Positions 55,870 through 64,000 of a stretch of 64,000 nt of DNA are shown here, piece by piece. The DNA is taken from the NCBI GenBank assembly GCA_964016885.1, contig OZ024741.1, positions 129,952,001-130,016,000 of the forward strand, written 5' to 3'. A program made the translations under genes and the position numbers. This stretch comes from Eledone cirrhosa (lineage: Eukaryota). The notes under the pieces are model-generated. The model was not told the DNA's origin, ran no database searches, and was given only the letters and a program-made list of their open reading frames with translations. Positions within the stretch are counted from its first letter, which is position 1. Every line of letters starts with the position of its first letter.

Positions 55870-57966
55870 TATATTTATAGGAATAACCAAAGAGTGCTTA
55901 TAAATACATAGTTTTATTAGCTAACAGTGTTTCATCCATACACCATGGTAGGATTCCTAAGAGCTTATAAATATGAGTATATCAGTAGTTGTATTCTCCA
56001 TCGAGCTGCGTCACCAGAACAAGGTTAAAGGACCAGCAGGGGGTCCCAAGGTCAGCGCTATATGGAAAAAGACAGAATATATGATGCACATAATGTCATA
56101 AAATTTCTTAAAAATTAAAAAATTAAAAATTAAAAGTTACACCAAAAATGTATCACTTAGATGGTGCAATAGATGATAAAGAGGTTGGGAGAGGGTAGCA
56201 AGGGATGAGTGAGGGTATTACTCAGCATGATCAGAAACAATCAGAAAATATAAGAAAATAACAAAAAATAAATAATAAAACAGTACAAAAATACAGCGAT
56301 AAGAGAAGAGATAAATACAAAAATACAAAACAATTAATGAACAAAAAGTCAGGAACCCCCCCCCCCCTCAAAACACAAGACAAAGCAAAGCGTGGATGCA
56401 TCTAAGCACAAGCAGTGTAAAAGGCAGTGTACAGGCAGATCAAGAGAGTTTGTAAACATGAATCTGTGAAAAGAATAGTTGGTTAGCAGTAATGCAGCCT
56501 TACATGTATGATAGTCCATATGAGGGATGGTGTACTCCAACTATATCGCCCTGTAATAGGTCGATTCTCCTTATCATATCCGCACCCTACGAACCACATC
56601 GATATGTTCCAGTTCCGAACTCCAAGTGAGATAACACTATTTTTCCAAAACCTATAGCCAGGGCATTTATCACCATATGCGGTCTGGGATATACACCTAA
56701 AATCTACAACAAAAAATAAAATAAGAGAAAGAAGGTACGACGAGTTAAGGAAAAGTATGGCACATATACAGCCGGCACAGATGTGAGGAAATGGAAAACA
56801 TTCGGTCACTTAATCCAACGTGCCAGGTGAAATTCACTGTATGTCCAAATTGGCGCTCAGCCGATGTATCGCTCCGCATAGAACTGTACCACAGCAAATA
56901 TAAATCGTGATGGCAATCCAGTCACACACAGATAAAAGTGCACACAGGAAACTCAGCTTCCAGAATCACATATGGCAGAATGAGCATATATTGTTATAAT
57001 AATAGGCGGGTTTATTATAGTGAGTGCAAGTTTCTGTAGGATATGTAGATATATATAGAAGGGATAACTCACAACCAAATTCATTTATAATAGCCATGTT
57101 ATTTATATTTCCGCCACGTGGTTTTTATTTAGATTATTAATCGCGAAGTGTGCAATCCATTCACAGTCGAGTGTGACTCCTCCTGGGTCGGCGGGAGTTC
57201 AATATCCATGATTTTAGGTGTATATCCTAGACCGCATATGGTGATAAATGCCCTGGCTATAGGGTTTGAAAAAATAGTGTTATCTCACTTGGAGTTCGGA
57301 ACTGGAACATATCGATGTGGTTCGTGTGGTGCGGATATGATAAGGAGAATCGACCTATTACAGGGCGATATAGTTGGAGTACACCATCCCTCATATGGAC
57401 TATCATACATGTAAGGCTGCATTACTGCTAACCAACATTTCTTTTCACAGATTCATGTTTTCAAACTCTCTTGATCTACATGTACACCCCCTTTTGCACT
57501 GCTTGTGCTTAGATGCATCCACGCTTTGCTTTGTCTTATGTTTTTTTTTTGGGGGGGGGGGGGGATCCTGACTTTTTGTTCATTAATTGTTTTGTATTTT
57601 TGTATTTATCTCTTCTCTTATCGCTGTATTTTTGTACTGTTTTATTATTTATTTTTTGTTATTTTCTTGTATTTTCTGATTGTTTCTGATCATGCTGAGT
57701 AATTAATTTTTAATTTTTTAATTTTTAAGAAATTTTATGACATTATGTGCATCATGTATTCTGTCTTTTTCCATATAGCGCTGACCTCGGGACCCCCTGC
57801 TGGTCCTTTAACCTTGTTCTGGTGACGCAGCTCGATGGAGCATGCAACTACTGATATACTCATATTTATAAGCTCTTAGGAATCCTACCATGGTGTATGG
57901 ATGAAACACTGTTAGCTAATAAAACTATGTATTTCTAAGCACTCTTTGGTTATTCCTATAAATATA
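55870..57966. mobile_element. ~2.1 kb element with ~760-840 bp inverted arms, probably PLE-derived and non-autonomous
   Basis: 55870-56705 is the reverse complement of ~57209-57966 (ORFs 56349- and 57374+ give near-identical peptides). Hammerhead-like motif near each outer end. Confidence 0.8.
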
Positions 57967-58199
57967 ACGGCTCTGTAGTATACTAGTTATCCTACATTGA
58001 GCTAAATCCACACTGTCATACCAAGGGCAATATATCTATATTGATATATTTGTCAACGAAATATATATACATATAAATATATATATTTGTGTGTGTGTAT
58101 GTGTGCGTGCGTGTGTGTTTGAGTATGTATATATATCTACTTCGTTGTATTTGTTTTGCAAAGGTTCTTGATGTAAATATATGAAGCCGATAAAAATAC

Positions 58200-60100
58200 A
58201 CGCACCAGTTCACTTCGCCGTGTTTCAAGAAAAGAGATGTTTTCCATGAACCTATACTTTGTTTCAAGAAACTCATAATTATTGGGGGGTATTTTGTTAA
58301 TTTCAAGAGATTGAAGAATCTATGAATGGGGGATAAACAATTTTGACGAGCGACTGTGGTGAGACTTCTTTTCTTTGTAGAGCAGTTTTCCAGTATCATT
58401 TTGTTTATTAGTAGTTGGTCCTTACAACCATATGATTCTCGTTTGCACCCTTTTTGCTCTATTGGTAAGATATTGTTTTCCTGCAGAAATGTGTACACAA
58501 TGTCATTAATTATTGGTGTTAATCGTTTATACGTATGTGGTGGACAGGCATGTTATTGGTTTATAATCCTTAGGTTCATTAGTTCCTTCATTTTTGGGTA
58601 AGAGGAATGTTATTCCATTTGTGATCCAGGCTGGCATCTCCATCTGGGGAAATCACGATTTTTATAGAGTTTTTGCCATCAAACTGTGTGTAGATGTAAG
58701 GTGGTGAAGTTAAGGCACTTTGTCTTGGGCCCGGTGATTTCCATTTTTGTGATTTCTTTAAAACAATTTCGACATTTACGATATTAGACCACTCCTGCGT
58801 TGGTATATCCCTCATTCGTACTTTCTTCCGTTCAAACCACTCAGCATTTTCATTGCGTTCCTTTGAATTACTCCAGATGTTTTGTACATATTTCCTTGAG
58901 AGTAACTTTTCTATTTGCATTTCATATTTTCCTATTTCTCTATAGGATCTATTTCTCTATAGCATTTGTCTCAACAAAATTGTTTTGCTTATAAATTGTT
59001 GTTATTTTTTCATACCGACGTAAACTTTATGACTCCACTTGCACCTTTTGCTTTAATGTTTCTTTGATGTTTGATATATTGTTTATGTCTTTTATTTTGT
59101 ATATTTTGTATTTTGTTTTACGCTTGTAGATTTCAAGGCAGTAATTTGAACCCCATTTGATATTTCATGACACATCACTCCTCAGTATCTGTATTTCTTT
59201 ATTTTTACTTTAGAATCAAGGCTCATTATGCCTGCGTTTGTATTCAGTGATTCAGTTACAGCTACTACTCTTGTATATATAATATAGTTTAGCGTACATA
59301 CATCTTGATCTTCAACTCCAAGTTATTCTTGCAGTGTGAAATTATAATATGTATCAATAATTTTATTGTTAGGCGTTGTGGAGTGGACTTTTGGTAGATA
59401 TTACCCGTCATACAATTCCATGAGACTGGCTCTGCTTACTTCCTCAATTATATGATTTTTTGCTGTCGTGAATTCATCTGTTTTTTTTTTTTTAAATATT
59501 CTGGTGGAAATTAATTTTCATATTCGTCTCCTTGTATTATTGACCAGTGGCCAGTTTTCCAGGTTGGTTATTGTTCGTCTGTCCTAGGCTGCCCCCTATT
59601 TCTATTACTTTTTGGTTGACCTCTTCAAGAGAAAACTAATGGACTCCAATAATTACATTGTCTTTGGTAATGGGATTGTTTCTTGTGGGTTCTTAACATT
59701 TAATTTTATCTGATCCAATTCTACTCTGGTAAGCCTGTTATTTCGCATGATGTCCCTGCAGACATCGAGAGTTTAATTTCATAAATGTACGCCCCTGTTC
59801 TATTCCAAATGTGTCCCCTCCAGATAACATATGCTTGATTTTCTAGAGCTGAGTAGAACAGTCATAACATTGGTATAAACTTTGCGAGTCTATTTTTGAC
59901 GGATTCTCATAGAAGATTTATTTGATGGAGTGTTCGGTGCTCCAACGCTGGAATTGTTCCACTTTTGATGACCAAAAGCCTCATTCTTTCTGGAAGAGTT
60001 TGTTCCATTAGCAGACCTTTTGATCTCAGATTGGTCCCCCTCTGAGTAATGTGGCCCTTGTTGACCTTGACGACGACCTACCCGTTATTGAATGCAGTTT
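58200..60100 (-). mobile_element. Degraded R4/Dong-type LINE, N-terminal region and start of RT
   Basis: KWKSPGP, EQKGCKRESYGCKDQLLINKMILENC. The 5' boundary is uncertain. Confidence 0.75.
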
Positions 60101-60294
60101 ACCAAAGAAATCATCATCATTCAGTGTCCATTCCACACGCATGAACAGACGACCTTCAGGGACACTCTAATTAAGCTCGATCCAGAAAAGGTTATCATGT
60201 CACAAGATTTATTAAAAAAACGTTTTAATATTTTATATTAAATATAACGTGGGAGAAAATGAACATTTTTATAACCGTTTGAACGAATAATTTA

Positions 60295-60900
60295 GCTACA
60301 TGTAAGTGGAGTTTCATTGAAACAGGTGGAGAAGTTCACGTATCTTGGAGCCGTGTTCACGAACGAGGGAAAACAGGAGGCAGAATTAAGTGCCAGAATT
60401 GCAGGAGCTGGTTCATTAATGCACCAGCTTAAGCATTAGGTAATCAGAAGAAGGGAGGTAGGTGTAAAAGCTAAACTTCCTTTCTTCATTTTAGTAGTCA
60501 TGCCAACATTTACTTATTGACTGCTAAGAGTACGATACAAGCAACCGAAATAGGGTCCATCGAAATGCCTTTGGGGTAATGTTACTTGATAGAGTGTTTA
60601 ACTCGGAAATCAGAGAGTCGCTACATGTAGAGCCGCTAATTTTCCGAATTCAGAGATCACAGCCCCGATATTATAGTGTTTTATGTGTTTAAAATGTCTT
60701 AAGAAAATCTTACTGGACAGATTTTACGGTCAAAACCAACCGGTAGGAAACCCAGGGGTAAACCCTGAGTGAGATGGTAGGATAACATCCATGACCTCGG
60801 CTGGTCTCGCTTGGGGATCCAGCTGGATCACTTGGAGACCTTTACCTCTGACAGAAACCTCTGGAAGGAGTATTTGAGTTCTCTGCCCCCATGACACACC
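60295..60900 (+). pseudogene. Degraded RTE-clade (Rex3/Expander-like) 3' fragment
   Basis: LKQVEKFTYLGAVFT, GRKPRGKP..RW.D.I.DLGWSRLGI, DRNLW. Confidence 0.7.
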
Positions 60901-60908
60901 CAAGAAAA

Positions 60909-61073
60909 GATAATAATGATTTCTTTATTAACTACAAAGAGTTTACATAAAAAATACATTAAGACAGCACAGGATAGTACAGGACGGTACAAATATGGGT
61001 TTCTGCGTGCCAAAAGAACGGAAACAAAAACAAAAGATGTAACAAAAAAATGGAAATAAAGGAAAACTCCCCA
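60909..61073 (-). mobile_element. Tx1 family 3' UTR-only insertion
   Basis: Reverse complement reads TTGGGGAG..CACGCAGAAA..TTGTACCGTCCTG..AATAAAGAAATCATTATT, matching the B/D 3' ends. Confidence 0.8.
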
Positions 61074-61582
61074 AGAAGAATAAGAAGAATGTGGTGTTGT
61101 TTTTGGTGGTGGAGGAATTGGTGATGATGTTGATGTTAGCGTTGTTGTTGGTGGAAGTGTTGGTGGTTATGGTATTGGTGTAGTTGGTGGTGTTGGTGGT
61201 GAAAAATCCCCAAGAAGAAGAAGAACTAAATAGAGGTTCCAAGTAGGTGGTCACTACTATTTCTATGGCATCGTAATCAATTTATTTCTATATTTTATTC
61301 TTAAATTCTACTTCAAATTAACACAACGCTACACTTACTTTGAAATATTTGTAAATATGAATATTTAGAAGAGAGTTTCGATAGATATAAGGAAATATTT
61401 TAAAGGAGATTATTAAATGTGCTTTGAAGGCGGTTAGTGTGTGTGAGTGTCTGTCTGTGTATATATACATATATAAATATATACATATATATATATATAT
61501 GTACACACAAACACACAGACACACACACATATATATATATTTGTACACACACAGACACACACACACAGACATATATACATAT

Positions 61583-61630
<48 letters not shown>

Positions 61631-61941
61631 AAAAATTTCGCTCTACATGGCTGAATACAATAAATGCAATCTGAGTTTTTCGAATATTAATAATAACATT
61701 CGATTCGTTTGCAATTATGCAAACAACCCTCAATTATAAAGCCATGTCAGTAGAATGAACCCTTCATTCTTGCTCTTGTGTTGGCATATAAACAGAACTA
61801 CAGACACTAATGTTTCTGGGTATCACCCTTCATCAGTACAGCTCACTGTTCACCTGTCAACTGTCAGAGCATATTAGCAGACTGGCTAATCAGGTCGATC
61901 AATCACTGTATATTTTAGAAAATAGCATATATTTTCTCTAG

Positions 61942-61978
<37 letters not shown>

Positions 61979-61982
<4 letters not shown>

Positions 61983-62095
61983 AACAAGTATGACCCCGAC
62001 GGCAGAGCTCAAGCCGTTTCGACGGCTATTTATTGAGTCCAGAAATAGCTGTCGAAACGGCTTGAGCTCTGCCGTCGGGGTCATACTTGTTCCTA
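61979..62095. repeat. 53-bp-arm hairpin containing a partial hammerhead
   Basis: Arms 61979-62031 / 62043-62095, 11-nt loop, one mismatch. Confidence 0.9.
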
Positions 62096-62173
62096 TTACC
62101 CACTCTACTACCCTAAGTATTTAGTACTTTGGTGCGTTATGGTCCATCTGGTTCCTTACCACAATTCCTTCGT

Positions 62174-62249
<76 letters not shown>

Positions 62250-63259
62250 GGGGGTTGGGATAGATAGGTACTACATACTTAGACAGACTGACTTAGAGTA
62301 CTGCGGCACACATGAAGAAGTCTTCCCACAGGATAAAACGAATACTTCGAAAAATACACATTGTTTCTGCTTCAACAACACCAACATCAACAACAACAGC
62401 AACATCATCATCAACAACAATATCGAAATCCTCAAAATTAAATAACAATAACAGAGAGAACATGAATAAAAATAACAATAATAATAATAATAATAATGTT
62501 TATTTTGAATAACACTTGCTTTTGATGGCATAAGCTCATCAAAGGAGGCGATGCACCTCCCCAGTATCACAACCGCCACAAGCAACACCACCACCCCCAC
62601 TACCACGACCACCCCACCGCGAAGGCCCATCTCCCCTCTATCATCATCATCATCATCATCATAGTCATAGGCGTCGTCGTCAACTTACTCCCCCACCATA
62701 TCAGTATATGTGTGTATGTTACTGTGTGTATGTGTTTGTATATGCATATGTGGTGTGTTTTGGCCCATATTTTGATTGCCCTGGTCGTCCTGACATTTAA
62801 ATGTAGGTGGTGGTGAAGGAACTGTGTAGTGGCGGTCACAATGAATTTATATGAGATAGAGAGAGAGAGGATTGGAGAGAAAGGGAGAGAGAAAATGAGA
62901 GAAAGAAGGAGACAGAGGAGAGAGAAAAAGGAGAAAGAAAAGATAGGAAAAGAACATGGAGAAAAAGAGGTGCTGAGATTAAAGAGAACGTGAGGGAGAG
63001 AGAAGATAGAAGACAGAGAATGGAGAGGGTTGAGAAAGAGAGGACTGAGGGGATAGAAAGGGAGAACGCGAAGATGAAAGAGGAGACGGGGTGAGACCCA
63101 GAGAGTTTTAGATAGACTTACTAAGATAACTGAAAGAGTAAAAAATAGACAGGGTGGTAGGACGAGTCAATTTAGTAAGTGCAAAGAGAGGATCGCGAAT
63201 TGTAAAAATATTAATATAGAATGTAGCAAAAAGGAAGAGATATCGCATGCACGAAAGAA

Positions 63260-63314
<55 letters not shown>

Positions 63315-63394
63315 AGAGTGAGAGAGAGAGAGAGAGAGAGTGTGTGTGTGTGTGTGTATGTGAAGCGTCATATTCTATCTAAATATAATAGTTT

Positions 63395-63600
63395 CTACAT
63401 TTGGCAACAAGGCCAGCAATTGAAAGGAAGGGGAAAGTCGATTAAATCAACCCAATGCGTTAATGGTACTTTATTTTATAGACCGCGTAAGGACGAAAGA
63501 CAAAGCTAACTTCGACGGGATTTGAACTCAAAACGTAAAGGGCTGTAACTATATGCCGCAAAGCCTGTTGTCCGACGATCTACCAATAGTGCCAATCAAC
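63395..63600 (-). mobile_element. Older MetaSINE-like SINE
   Basis: GGTACTTTATTTTATAGACC..GGGATTTGAACTCA. Confidence 0.75.
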
Positions 63601-63624
63601 CGTCCTTTCCATCCAGATATAAGG

Positions 63625-63790
63625 GCAAGTAGAAAAGACAATGGCCTGGAGGAGATTCTCTTCTGGAGCAATTACAACCAGTGTGTTATAGACAATTTCT
63701 TGGTCTGGCAGTGCTACAGAGGAGCATTACTTGTTCAAGATAAATTCTATAGCAAAACTTGCATCAGCTGACGAAAATGTTTAGCATGAA
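63625..63790 (+). pseudogene. Small old Tx1 ORF2 fragment
   Basis: DNF..WQCYRGALLVQDKFY matches B DNFQKSLAWQCYRGALPVQDKLY. Confidence 0.65.
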
Positions 63791-64000
63791 CTCTGAAGCT
63801 GCTGACATTGACTAACAGACTGCAGACGGCTGAGGACCAGAGGTGTATTTTCATTGCTTAGCTAAGGCGACACTAACTAACATATTGGTGACTAACGAGG
63901 GCCAGAAACCTGTTTTCACTACTCAGTTAAGGTGCGTCCCTTTTCCGTTTCAAACTTTGTGCACCGACTTCAACTTTAATTTTTCGTGACATTTTTTCAG

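Overview
This is eukaryotic, repeat-saturated, non-genic DNA. The SINE types and dense (TA)n/(ATT)n microsatellites suggest an octopus or other cephalopod (inference). No host gene is confidently seen. Contents: three near-full-length but defective Tx1-clade LINEs (B 17540-23515, C 23546-29181, D 47178-52760) plus fragments; a ~12 kb array of a 127/128-bp C/A-rich satellite with higher-order duplications; two Penelope-like elements and several hammerhead-ribozyme-bearing fold-backs in (TA)n; four minus-strand R4/Dong-type (RLE) fragments; CR1-like and RTE fragments; MetaSINE-like and other SINEs; a mariner-type MITE; a 1.4 kb (ACC)-derived tract. Most notable: (1) all three Tx1 copies carry a consensus 5' splice donor GTAAGT at the ORF1 stop, with phase-compatible acceptors at the ORF2 start and, in B and D, in the 3' UTR, suggesting splice-controlled ORF1/ORF2 expression; (2) B and D share a near-identical ORF2 but have very divergent ORF1s, switching at about that donor; (3) Tx1, a SINE with a Tx1-like 3' end, and Dong elements all chain through (ATT)n tracts; (4) an apparently intact minimal hammerhead sits inside a perfect hairpin. 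All of this is read by eye, and the functional claims are hypotheses.
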